Part shown: one piece after another, positions 1 through 10,067 of the stretch
Numbering within the stretch: the first letter of the stretch is position 1
Layout: each line of letters begins with the position of its first letter
Assembly: GCA_001724265.1 (NCBI GenBank)
Contig: MEDY01000066.1
Span: 118,220 to 138,219, forward strand
Source: Rhizaria sp. SCN 62-66
Lineage: Eukaryota
Reading direction: 5' to 3'
Length of the DNA: 20,000 bases
Position numbers and translations under genes: made by a program
Notes under the pieces: model-generated
Seen by the model: the letters and a program-made list of their open reading frames with translations, nothing else
Database searches by the model: none
Told to the model about the DNA's origin: nothing

Positions 1-1
1 G

Positions 2-1579
2 TTCGCACCTCCGTCACCGCAGCCTGTACAAGCGCCCATCCAACAGCAACATCTGCATCAGCAGCAACAACCTCAGCCCATGCAACCGCTGGCAGCTATT
101 GCAGGCCCTCCAGTCGTGAAGTCTCTCGCAACGGCGACGGCGAAAAACAGCGCGAGCACCGCGAGCGCGAGCGCGAGCGCGAGCACAAGCACCGCGGCCA
201 GTTCGTGGTGTTTGCACAAGTGCGTGACGGAGACGCTGTCTTGCCGCTGTTTGCTCACACTCACGTCTTTTGCCGCACCGCCGACACCGCCTTTTGCGGA
301 TCCTCCCACTGCATCTGACAACAGCAACGCTGATGGCACTACACAAGCACAGCAGCAGCTCCCGTCGTCATCGTTGCCACAGCCACGGCCGCAGCCGCGC
401 CTGCTGCCGCCGCCCGCGGCCCCGCAGCCCCCGCGCGTGTCGGTCCCCTCGGCGCCGCTGCTGCTCTCGTACCCGCGTCTGCTCGCCGCGCTACCCACGG
501 TCACGCGCTGGGTCGTCGCGCGTGCGGTCGCGCCCGCCGCCGCCGCCGCGCGCGCCGCTCTTAACGCAGCCGTCTCCGACAACAGTTTCAATACCAGCGC
601 GAATGCCAGCGTTACATTGCCGTCAGGCGCAAATGCACGCGTGAGCGGGCGCGAGCGCGAGCAAGAGCTCGGGTTCGAGGAGCAGCAGCAGCTGTGGCTG
701 CGTGCGCGGCGGCGCCACGAGGCCCGCGCTGAGCTGCTGCGGGCGCAGTCGCGCGCGCTGCGGCGGCCGGGGCTGTTGTGGTGGCATCCAGACCCGCAGC
801 GCCGCGGCGGCGGCTTCGGCGGCGACCTGGCCCGGCTGCTGCTCACGGTGAGCGCCGCCGCCGGGATCGGCAGCGAGGGCCTCGGCGCGACTGCGGCGGC
901 GGCGACTCAGAACGAGCATGCTGCTGCTCATGCTGGCGCTGGCCACAGCCGGAGCGCAAGTGATGGTGAGCTGTTCAGTGCGAGCGCGGGCGCGGGTGCG
1001 AGTTCGAGTGTGAGTGAGGGTTCCAGTGGCGATGGTGGTGCCAGACAGCGAAGTGTTGATGAGCTAGCATATGCCTATGCATACTCGAGCTCTGCGTGTG
1101 CGCAGTCGCTTGCACCTGTGCTCCTGTCTCTCTACGCGTTGTACTCCGCTTCCGTTCCAATCCCGCATACTCACAACTTTGGTAACAGCACAAGCGCTCC
1201 TTCTAACGAGGTGACTGTGAGCAGCATGGGTACCGCTGTCACGGGCCAACTGACCGTTAGCCATCAAGATCTCCACTTGGCGCTCCACTTGCTGATCGCT
1301 CTTGCCCGCTGCACGCGGCGCGAGGCGTGGCGCGCGTACCATTCCGCGGCGGCCACTGCGGCGGCGGCAGCGGGCGCGGTTGCCGCGGCGGAGGCGGCGG
1401 AGGCCGAGGCTGAGGCTGAGGCAAGGGCCAGGGCCGAGGCGCAGGCTGAGGCTGAGGCGGAAGCTGCAGCCGCGGAGGCTGAGGCGGAGGCGCGGGCTGA
1501 GGCCGAGGCAGCTCATATGAGCTATAGCTACGTCAATCGCGACGGTAGTTTCTATGGCTATCGGTAGTACCCCAAGTAA
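2..1579 (+). CDS. 5'-truncated hypothetical low-complexity protein (Pro/Gln/Ala/Ser-rich, EA-repeat C-terminal tract)
   Basis: The frame is open from the window edge (FAPPSPQPVQAPIQQQHLHQQQQPQPMQP...) through ORF 80-1567, with GC-rich coding-like composition that drops to AT-rich after about 1580. It ends CGG TAG TAC CCC AAG TAA, so the end is 1567 in the standard code or 1579 if TAG is sense. No family recognised. Confidence 0.7.
1391..1510 (+). repeat. Imperfect GAGGCN hexanucleotide repeat encoding a Glu-Ala-rich helix
   Basis: gaggcggcggaggccgaggctgaggctgaggca...gaggctgaggcggaggcg translates as EAAEAEAEAEARARAEAQAEAEAEAAAAEAEAEARAEAEAA. Confidence 0.8.
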
Positions 1580-1901
1580 CTCGAATAGACTTGTCAACAT
1601 TGACAAGAACTTGTACATTTTAAAAATAACTCTTTATTTAGCAACGGTGTATTCTTTATCTAGCACGTTTAATACAACAATTGTTTCCATCTTCTAGGTT
1701 TTAATACGGAGTGGTATTACAAGCATGACACACGTACGTGTTGAGGTAAAATATAATATTACATTGTATGTATAAAGTGACCTGAGTAACAATGAAGCAT
1801 GAAAACAAGAAATTAATAAATTACTTACACAAATATCAAATAACAATACTAACGGAGTCATAAACAACAAGTCTACACAGCACGACGCATCGCTGTTGCG
1901 T

Positions 1902-4817
1902 TTAGTGACGTGCAATGAGCGGGAGAATATCCTCCTCTTCCTTGCCCTTCCCGCCGAAGTCCTCCCACTTGTAGACGACAATGCCGACGGGAATGAGTAC
2001 CACCGCGGCGATGGTGAATGCGTCCAGCTCCTGCGCATGCGAGCCCACCAGTGCGGTCGACGAAAAAGCCAGCGCAGACAGCGGCGTGACGAGCGTGTTC
2101 GCGATGGCCTGGAACGCCGCGCTCTCGTGCTTGACAACAACGGCGGCGACGTAGAAGTAGACGACGATGCAGAGCACAAAGCCGATGACGGGCGCCCACG
2201 CGCCGGCCTGGCACCCGGGCGGCAGGTTGTCGGGCGAGTTGCCGTGGAAAAAGCACTGGAACGCGAGCTTCTGGATCTCCATCGTGGGCAGCGCGGCAAG
2301 CTCGGGAAGCTGACCAGGGCTATGACGGTCCAGCGGCGCCATGGAAGCGTAGCCAAAGAGCGTGAGCAGGTTCGTAAAGGCGAGGTAGTGGATCTCGTCG
2401 GCGTGGTGTGGCGCCGAGAACGCGACTTCCTCGATTACGTTGACGAGCGCCGAGGGGATATCGGAGAGCAGGAAGATAAAGGTCCAGAACGGCGAGTCCA
2501 TGCCGCTCACGGTCGCGCCGGAGACAACGGCGCCCGCGGCCCTGGCCGCCGCCTTGGCCGCCTTGGACGAGTGGTGGCCTGCCGTCGCGGCCGCCGCCGA
2601 CGCCGTGGAGACCAGCGCGTCTGACGCGGACGACGCTGAGGACAAAAGAGCGTCCACAGCGGCGGTCGCCTCGCCGGACCAGGTCTGCGCGAGCAAGGGC
2701 AGCAGCGGCAGCACCGAGGCGAAGACGACGATCGCGGCGCCGATGACCTCGACCTTGGAGAACTTGTGTCCACGCAGCATCCACGCGAAGAGCGCGGTGA
2801 GCGGCAGCGTGAGCTGGTTGATCACGCTCTGCAGCGCGCCGGACACGTGCGGGTCCGCGAACTGGGAGCACGCGCCACCCACGGTCACGAGTGCGCCGAC
2901 GAGCAGGTACACGCGGCCCAGGCCTGTGGTCAGCAGCGGCGCCAGCGAGGACGGCGGCAGCGGCTTCGGCTTCAGGCAGGAGCGGGTCGCTACGGGAATG
3001 TTCACGTTAGCGTTGCTGTTACTGACAGTAGTAATGGCGTTGTTGTTGTTGTTGTTGCTGTTGCTGTTGGCGCTGGTGAGAGGAGTTTTGAGGTTGAGCT
3101 CAGTGATGGTCGGGGTATTCGTGAACGAGACAGTCTTGTTTGCCTTAGCAGCACCGTTGCTCGAGTTGGCGTTCAAGTTCCCCACATCATCATCGCTGTT
3201 GATGTTGTTCAGCAGGTTGTTCTGACTGCCCGACAGCGACGACGAAGACGACAGCAGCAGCGGCATCATTTCGTTTTCGACCTCACCTCCACCCGGGCTC
3301 GCGCTACTGCTGCTGTTTTTGTTGTTGCGCAGGAGCTCCTCCGGCGTCAGCGCGCGCGTGCCCTCGTCGTTGTACCCAATGGAGCGGTTCCACTTGACCG
3401 CAGCGGCCGTGTTGGCGCGCTGGCGCAGCGCCCACCACACGCAGTAGATGACGACGTAGAGCAGCGTGGTGAAGTACAGCAGGAATGAGGGGTAGCCTAC
3501 CATGGCGTGGCCCATCTTGACGAACATGACATTGTTGAGCACGCCCGCGAACGCGCTCAGCGCAACGAGAAAGATGAGGCGGAACACGCGGAACTCGTCC
3601 TCTTCCTCGTCCTCATCGGAGTCGTAATCCGATGAGTCCGAGTCCGAGTCAGCGCGGGCGTCGGCGCGGCGACCCTTGTCCTCGCCCTCGCCCTCGTGGC
3701 CGCCGTCGCCGCTTCTCGCGTGGTGGCGGCGGTGCGAGTGCGAGCGCGAGCGGGACCGCGAGCGCGACTGCTGCCGCGAGCGCCGCTGACTTCCGCTGCC
3801 GCTGCCTCTGCCGCTGGGCTTGGCCTTGGCAGCGCGGTGGTGGCCGGCGCGAGACCGCGACTGAGACTGGCCGTGACGAGGACATGCGGACACGTCGTCG
3901 CTCGCAGCGCTGCCCGCAGCAAGGCCGTCGGTCGAGCCGTAGCCGCTGGAGCTAAGACTGCTGCTCAGGCTGCTGCTGCTGCCATTGGTGTTGTTGTTGC
4001 AGGTGCAAGGCGGCTTGCCGTCCCCGTCTTCCTCTTGGTCTTCGTCGTCGTTATTGGAGCTGTTGTCATCCTCGTCGTAGTCGTAGTCGTAGCCGTCGTT
4101 GCGGTGACGGCTGCGGCGCTGACTGCGGCTGCGGCTGTGACCGCTGCGGCTGAGAGGGACAGCGTTGTCGGAGTCCGAGTCAGACTGGTAATGCAGGATA
4201 TTGCTCTGTCCCGCATCATCATCGCTTCCGTTCACAGCACGGCGGTTAGCGTTGTTGTTCGCGTTACTACTACTACTACTACTACTGCTGCTGCTGTTGC
4301 CGTAGCCTGACTTGCTGCCGTTCTCGTCGAGATCGAGGTCGAGCACTGCGTTCGTGAGCCGAGCCTTGCGGAAACACAGCGAGATGAGCGCATCGGGGCA
4401 AAAGACCCACCAGAAGGTCGACTTGCGGATGAACACAACGCTGAGGTCGCAGTTGACGCGGGCAGCGCGGCGCCGGCTGCTGCTCCGGTTGCCGGACTTG
4501 CTGTTACTCTTGCCATTGCTCTTGCTACCATTGCTGTTGCTGCTGCTGTCAGCCGCCGCCGCAGCAGCAGGACTCGCAGCGGTAACAGCGTTAGCAGTCA
4601 CAGCACTATCACTGACAGCAGCTGGAGAGGCTTGCTCGCGGACACGGTTGTCGCCGTCGTCGTAGTGGTCGTCGTTGGTGGCCGAGGCAAAGGAAGGAGA
4701 CGAAGGCGACGGCTCGGGCCTCAGAGCCGCAGAAGAGAGCGCGGATGAAGACGCGCTCGACGGGATGCCCTCCGCAGCGTCGCCATAGCCCGTTGAGGAG
4801 ACGGGAGGAGCGCTCAT
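1902..4817 (-). CDS. CRT-like (chloroquine-resistance transporter/CLT family, DMT superfamily) transporter with long low-complexity N-terminus, 971 aa
   Basis: Single ORF ending in TAA with about 10 hydrophobic segments. CRT-like motifs recognised by eye: LNNVMFVKMGHAMVGYPSFLL, VSGALQSVINQLTLPLTALF, WTFIFLLSDIPSALVNVIEEVAF, the Cys-containing loop AFQCFF...PGCQAGAW, and VVKHESAAFQAIANTLVTPLS. Confidence 0.85.
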   Translation of the reverse strand: MSAPPVSSTGYGDAAEGIPSSASSSALSSAALRPEPSPSSPSFASATNDDHYDDGDNRVREQASPAAVSDSAVTANAVTAASPAAAAAADSSSNSNGSKSNGKSNSKSGNRSSSRRRAARVNCDLSVVFIRKSTFWWVFCPDALISLCFRKARLTNAVLDLDLDENGSKSGYGNSSSSSSSSSSNANNNANRRAVNGSDDDAGQSNILHYQSDSDSDNAVPLSRSGHSRSRSQRRSRHRNDGYDYDYDEDDNSSNNDDEDQEEDGDGKPPCTCNNNTNGSSSSLSSSLSSSGYGSTDGLAAGSAASDDVSACPRHGQSQSRSRAGHHRAAKAKPSGRGSGSGSQRRSRQQSRSRSRSRSHSHRRHHARSGDGGHEGEGEDKGRRADARADSDSDSSDYDSDEDEEEDEFRVFRLIFLVALSAFAGVLNNVMFVKMGHAMVGYPSFLLYFTTLLYVVIYCVWWALRQRANTAAAVKWNRSIGYNDEGTRALTPEELLRNNKNSSSSASPGGGEVENEMMPLLLSSSSSLSGSQNNLLNNINSDDDVGNLNANSSNGAAKANKTVSFTNTPTITELNLKTPLTSANSNSNNNNNNAITTVSNSNANVNIPVATRSCLKPKPLPPSSLAPLLTTGLGRVYLLVGALVTVGGACSQFADPHVSGALQSVINQLTLPLTALFAWMLRGHKFSKVEVIGAAIVVFASVLPLLPLLAQTWSGEATAAVDALLSSASSASDALVSTASAAAATAGHHSSKAAKAAARAAGAVVSGATVSGMDSPFWTFIFLLSDIPSALVNVIEEVAFSAPHHADEIHYLAFTNLLTLFGYASMAPLDRHSPGQLPELAALPTMEIQKLAFQCFFHGNSPDNLPPGCQAGAWAPVIGFVLCIVVYFYVAAVVVKHESAAFQAIANTLVTPLSALAFSSTALVGSHAQELDAFTIAAVVLIPVGIVVYKWEDFGGKGKEEEDILPLIARH

Positions 4818-5540
4818 TTGCGGTCAGGCAGAGTAGCGGCGATGGCGCGAGAGGGGGCCGACAGGAGGCGGGAAGGGACTGAGTCGCCGGGGAGAAATGA
4901 AACAGTTGTGTTTACGTTGGAGTTAAGAACAAATCAAAAGAAAAGCGCGGTTGTAGAAGGTTCTGCGCAAGGATAAATAAGTAAAATGGAGAAAGCCACT
5001 TAAAGTGAGGCAGGAGAGTCACTGGGAGCGAGGTAAAGAAGTGCATGCGGCGTCGGCGTCGGCTCATCCATGTGCGCGGTTATTTTGCTATGACCCGACG
5101 CATATAGCTTGTGTTGCAAAAAATCATTTTAATATCATACATTGAACGCAAATTTCACCCGTTTTTGCAGGGCCTCATACGGGACTTACGAGTTGATATT
5201 GAGATATCTCTCTTTTTAGTTGGCCCCTCCAACGAGTCCAACCCTACGGCGCATTTTTTTGTGCGCTGCTGTCGCAAAATTGCCATTACGTTGACGCAAA
5301 CATGGCAGGACAAATCACTGTGAAGCAAAAATTTGAGATGTTATGTAGAAAACATCGCATCATGTATTATTAAACGCACGGTTTGACCAAAAGGAGCGGA
5401 TATCCCGCCGTATCCTTCTTAAAACAGTTTCTATGTAAAATCTCTGGGCCCGACATCCTTGCTATATCACAACAAGAAGGCATGTCAAGACACAACCCGT
5501 GCGTATTTCTTCGGTTTCTGGTGTGAATCACATGCTATAC

Positions 5541-7319
5541 TCACACCGCTTTGCGCGCCCGCTTCGATGTGTGCGTCACGTCCTCATCCTCCGCCTCAGC
5601 CACACCGGCGCTGCTTGCAAACTTGCCAGCTGCAGCGGCGGCCGCTGCAGCCGCGGCAGGGCCAAGGCCAACGCTGCCGTCGGACATCGCTGCGGGCGGC
5701 TGCTGCGCGGCCTTGACGGGCGACAGCGGCGGCGTGACGTCAGACCAGCTGGACCCAGTCGCAGCGGCAGCCCCAGACGCAGCCACAGGAACAGTGTCAG
5801 TGACAGCTGTGGCAGCAGCATCGGCAGCGGGAGCAGTCGCGTTGCTTGCCCTCTCGGCACTTCCGCTGCTGACCGATACAGCCAAAGGCGCGGCCACAGG
5901 CACAGGCGCAGGCGCGACGCCGACCCCCGGGATCTTGGCCTCAATCGCACCCCGCCCAATACCACTTCCAGCGCCAGCGCCAGCGCCAGCTGCCGGGTCG
6001 GCGTTCGCGTAGGAGTGTGGCAGCTGCGGGAGCGCCGCGGCGGCGGCGGCGGCGCCCTCGAGCGCGTCCCTGGCGGCTTCGGTGGCGGCCTCGGCCAGCC
6101 GCGCGGCGGCGTCGCGGGCGGCGCGGCGCACGGTGTCGCCCGCGGCGGCAACGGCGGCGGGTCGGCCGCGCAGTGCGGACGCGATGAAGGCCTCCGCCGC
6201 GGCGGCCACGGCCTGCTGCAGCGCCGCGCGCGCCTCGGCCACGGAGACCGAACCGACCCGACCTGCAGCGCTGCTGCTCTCGGTGGATGCGCTGCTATCC
6301 GCGGGGTCTGATTCGGGGGTCAGGGCGGCGGCGGGGAGCGCGAGCGGGACGCTGGCCGCCAGCGCCAAGAGCCACACGGGGGCGGACGCGGCGGCCGGCG
6401 CGGCGGAGGCGGCGGCGGCGGCGGCGGCAGATGCTGCAGCCGCCGCAGGCGCCGCGGCAGCAGCTGGAGCAGGAGCAGGAGTGGGGACTGCGGCGCCAAA
6501 GGCGGGGGCGGCCGCGCCAAACGAGGGCGCCGCAACGCCGAAAGCGGGCGCGGCAACGCCGAACGCCGCCACGGGGGCTCCAAAGCCACTGCCGCCGCCA
6601 ACAACAGCAGCAGCAGCAGCGCTAGAAGCAGCAGCGCCGTAGGGCGGCGCAGAGACACCAGCGGCAGCAGCATGAGCCGCCGTGGGCGTGTGCGCCGGCT
6701 TGCCGTGGGCAGCGGCCCCGGAGGCAGCGGCAGCGGCGGCGGTGGCGGTGGGATACTCCTTTTGGTCGGTGAGGAGGTTGTAGTCGACGCCCAGCGCCGC
6801 AGCGAGCCCGCGCACGACGGCGGGGTTCGGCGGGATGCAGCGCTTCTTCCAGATGCCCAGCTGGCGCTTGATGGCAAGGAAGGACACCGAGTTGGGCGCG
6901 AGCACGAGCGCGACGCGCGCCACGGCGGCGGGCAGCACGGCCGAGAAGGCGTCCAGGTAGGGCGCGCAGTCGCGGTGCTCGGTGCGCGTCGAGCGGGTCA
7001 TGATCTCATTCGCGAGGTAGAAAAGCGCAAGAATCTTGTCGCCAGAGGTCTCGGACTCGACGGCAGAGAGCCAAGTAGACTGGGGTAGGAGCGCGGGGCA
7101 GTGCAGAGCAGAGGGAAGATAAGTTGAGAGACATGAGCGGAGGCTGGACTTCAGACGAATGTAGTGAGTGGCGATATAGGTGTTTTGATCGTTAAGGAAG
7201 CAGTTTTAGAGACGTACACTAACTTCCTCAAACTTTTTAAAGAAAATAGCCCACTCAGTGATTGCACCGATCGAGGTTGGGTCGCCTTTGAGCTTGGCGA
7301 GTTTGTCGCGGAAAGACAT
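5541..7319 (-). CDS. CID (RNA polymerase II CTD-interacting domain, RPRD1/Rtt103-like) protein with Ala/Pro-rich tail; 2 exons (7319-7218 or 7319-7224, then 7079-5541), about 545 aa
   Basis: Exon 1 MSFRDKLAKLKGDPTSIGAITEWAIFFKKFEE(VS) joins in phase 0 to exon 2 STWLSAVESETSGDKILALFYLANEIMTRS...RQLGIWKKR. This fits the CID pattern (KL..L.....SI.....W; K...YLAN(D/E)(V/I); L.IW..R). Ends TGA at 5543-5541. Confidence 0.8.
6486..6588 (-). repeat. Imperfect 21-nt tandem repeat encoding FG-containing heptads
   Basis: Translation GFGAPVA-AFGVAAP-AFGVAAP-SFGAAAP-AFGAAVP: five FG dipeptides at 7-aa spacing. Confidence 0.8.
7080..7217 (-). other. Spliceosomal intron of the CID gene (138 nt; alternative donor at 7223 gives 144 nt)
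   Basis: Donor GTACGT at 7217 (or GTTAGT at 7223), pyrimidine-rich 3' end and acceptor CCCCAG ending at 7080. Contains an in-frame TAA. Removing it restores CID helix spacing. Confidence 0.75.
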
Positions 7320-7997
7320 CGCACACCCAAGGGATCTGGAGAAGGAGTACGAAGCAGAGATGACATTGTGAACAAACATCTCAAATAGAGCGCAGAGTTT
7401 AGTATGTATATTATATGGAATCGGAAGCGATTTGTCAATTAACGGATTCTTGAGCGCTTTGGCTCTCACTCAATTTCGTGACCGTTGTGTGGCCACAGGT
7501 GCTTCCTCTTGCAGCTGGCTAAGCAACACGCATACAAAAACACTCTTTTAAGTTAAAATCGTTGAAAGTAGAGTGTTTTAAGGCAGAACCTTGCATGCGG
7601 CACTGAATACACATGTTTCATATAATAACTTATATTTTAGTTGCTGAAGTGTGTATATAAACGCGATTTGTATTGCCGCAACCAACCCAACTCGAGCGCT
7701 CAAAAGTAGATCGCTTTCTTTGGCATAGGTGGCGTAGGTGCTCCACGAAAAAAAGAGCAGCCTTTCAAAGCGAGAAGATAGAGGACCAAACGCGTCTTAC
7801 GCGCAGGTTTAGACAAACCCACAGCAAAACGACAGTCGTCGGTTGATTGGGAAGGGAGTCAGTAAGAAAGTAACAAAGCAAAGAACAGACGAATCAAATC
7901 TCGCGCATCTCCAGAGCGGAGCCGCCCCAAGCGCAGTGCCAACTGCCCTCACGCGGCTGCAGCCACAATGCGCACGACGGGAGCGTGTCGGGGCCGC

Positions 7998-8856
7998 TTA
8001 CTTCTGTGTGTACTGCACGCCGCGGGCGTCGGCGGCAGAGCGGTCGGCGAGGTTCGACAGCGAGATGCGGTTGTCGTTGGTGCTGGGGCCGCCCTTGACG
8101 TGAGTGCCCGTCCATGTGCCCTTGTCGTCGTGGAGCTTGGTGGCGGCGGCGACGGTGCCGGAGGACTTAGGGCCGCCCGCGGCGACGATCTTGGCGGCAA
8201 TGTCGTCCGCAGTGCACTTCTGCTTCGTGGCGATCTCGGCGATGGCGTTCAGAAACTCAGCGAAAGTGATGCTCTTAGCCCCCTTATCCTTCACGCGCGC
8301 AAAGGTGAGGTCAATGTCGACCTGGGTGTATCCCTTGCCAAGCAGACCACAGTCGGTCACGAGCTTCTTCCAGCTGCGGCCTTCGAGGACCGCGGACGAC
8401 TTAGCCGATCCCTGGCCGAACTGGCAGAACGCGAGGTACACCTGCAATCACATCATCAGAAATGATTGAAAGACAAGCAGCCAAAGAGATAAGAAACGCA
8501 AACAAACAAGTTGAAACACGCGGGGTGAACAAGCCGTCGTGCGAGAGCGTGCGAAAATGAAAGACAACCAAAAAGCAGCGTGCAGAGAGTCGAATTTGGA
8601 AGCAAAAGTGAGAAGGTGTAGCAAAAGCAATCAAGAAAAGAGATGCGAATTACGACATGCTTGTTGCATTACGGAAATAATTTTCAAATTAAGGGGCCCA
8701 ATACAGCAGGAGAGAGAAGATTCAAGGATGTTCTCGATCTCAGGGTGGGTTTCGTGACGACCAAGGATAAAAGCGTTTGTATACAATGTAAAGTCGACAA
8801 AAAGAGACTTTCAATTAATAGTAGAATAGACATACCTTCTTGAGCTCCTCAGACAT
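7998..8856 (-). CDS. TPPP: Short-type TPPP / p25-alpha tubulin polymerization-promoting protein; 2 exons (8856-8836, 8441-7998), 154 aa
   Basis: Spliced product MSEELKK|VYLAFCQFG...WKKLVTDCGLL...VDIDLTFARVK..GAKSITFAEFLNAIAEIA...GGP...KLHDDKGTWTGTHVKGGPS...LSNLADRSAADARGV shows typical p25-alpha motifs and lacks the GxGxGxxGR motif of long TPPPs. Ends TAA at the expected family C-terminus. Confidence 0.92.
8442..8835 (-). other. Spliceosomal intron of TPPP (394 nt)
   Basis: AAG|GTATGT donor at 8835 and TTGCAG|GTG acceptor at 8442, phase 0, T-rich on the minus strand. Confidence 0.88.
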
Positions 8857-10067
8857 GGTTGATGATTACGAAAGCACGAAGCTTTGCAGTCAGACAAATC
8901 AACAAAAAATAGTGGGGCGTTTCGTCAGTTCGAGGCATGCTCCCCTTTTGGCTTCAGCCCACAGTCACCATTACGTTGCAACTCGAAAAGGATTACTCCT
9001 ATAGAGAGTCGAAAACTCAAGCTACCATGTTACACTGGAATAATTTGTGTTGATGAGTTCTGTCAGTCGATTTTGATTCTATTCATTGAAATATTTGGAC
9101 GTTTTCCGATATTTTGTTATTATTGCAGTTCGACAGACAACACGATATACTGCAGAGCATGTAGAAGGTTGACGATTAGTTGTGGGTACGCGTTACTCTT
9201 GTGTTGTAGTTTGACGCACCATCAAAATGTTGAGACCACAATAGTCAATGCTTATCTTAATTCGTTCTTACTTCAGTTGCGATTACTATAAGAAGTATGT
9301 GTTTTCAGTTGGCTTGTCGCGACATGCAGACACTCTGTTTGGGCTCTGTGGTAGGAACTACAAGCTAAACATTATTCAGTTACTCAAACGTAGTTTTTGT
9401 ATTTTAATCAAGTAGCAAAGAAGATACAGCTTGAATCTAAAGCTGCTATCAAAAATATCATTAAAAAGTAGTTCATTTAGAGTGAGATTCACATTGAATC
9501 ATCCTCTCATCATGTTAAAAAGTACAAACGTAGTCTCACAAAGGTCATGTAAGGCTAGTTCGACCAAATAGTCCATAGAAAAAACTTTGGTGAGTCGATT
9601 CAAATCGTCACTGACATGAGCAGTCTAGAGTACGCAACTTCTCAGTGGCTTACTCTTCGACACACAGGAAAAACGTCGCACACATTGAAAAATGAGTTCA
9701 TTCACATTACACAATCACACAAACTGAACAGCCTAACTGTCCAGTCACAACACATCTGGACACAACTGAAAGACCACAGAGATTAACCAGAGATGCACAT
9801 AACTTGCAGTTTTTTCTGTCAATCTAATCTAATACAAAACAATTCAACAGACAAAATATTCAGCACGTTACGCTGTTTGCACCACAATTTCTGCTGTGCA
9901 GTCCAAATTAATACTTTAAGTCCAAGTCACGCAAGACTGTCTGTGACTGAATCAAAGTGTTATTATATCTTGCACTTTGTTTCACATGTACATGTAACAT
10001 ACTTTATCCCCACATCACAAAATCAGAGTAATGCAGCAGTGCATTTATCCATCTTGGTACTTTTTCA

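Noticed and set aside
5518-5546. GTGAGT donor-like motif overlapping the CID gene's TGA stop
   Set aside because: No convincing downstream coding exon found. Left as an ordinary stop, although a terminal intron cannot be excluded.
73-7088. Many long antisense or alternate-frame ORFs (e.g. 73-846, 1896-2624, 2440-3225, 5499-6311, 6082-6642)
   Set aside because: Shadow ORFs expected in high-GC coding DNA. They overlap better-supported genes and show no family motifs.
7080-7217. CID intron is a multiple of 3 with a single in-frame TAA, which could mimic TAA readthrough
   Set aside because: It has good splice signals, and retention would insert 46 aa into the CID helical core. An intron is the simpler explanation.
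8857-10067. ORFs 8884-9291 and 9793-10317, or an RNA gene, in the AT-rich spacer
   Set aside because: Non-coding composition with no motifs. No tRNA cloverleaf (including a CUA-anticodon tRNA) recognised by eye.
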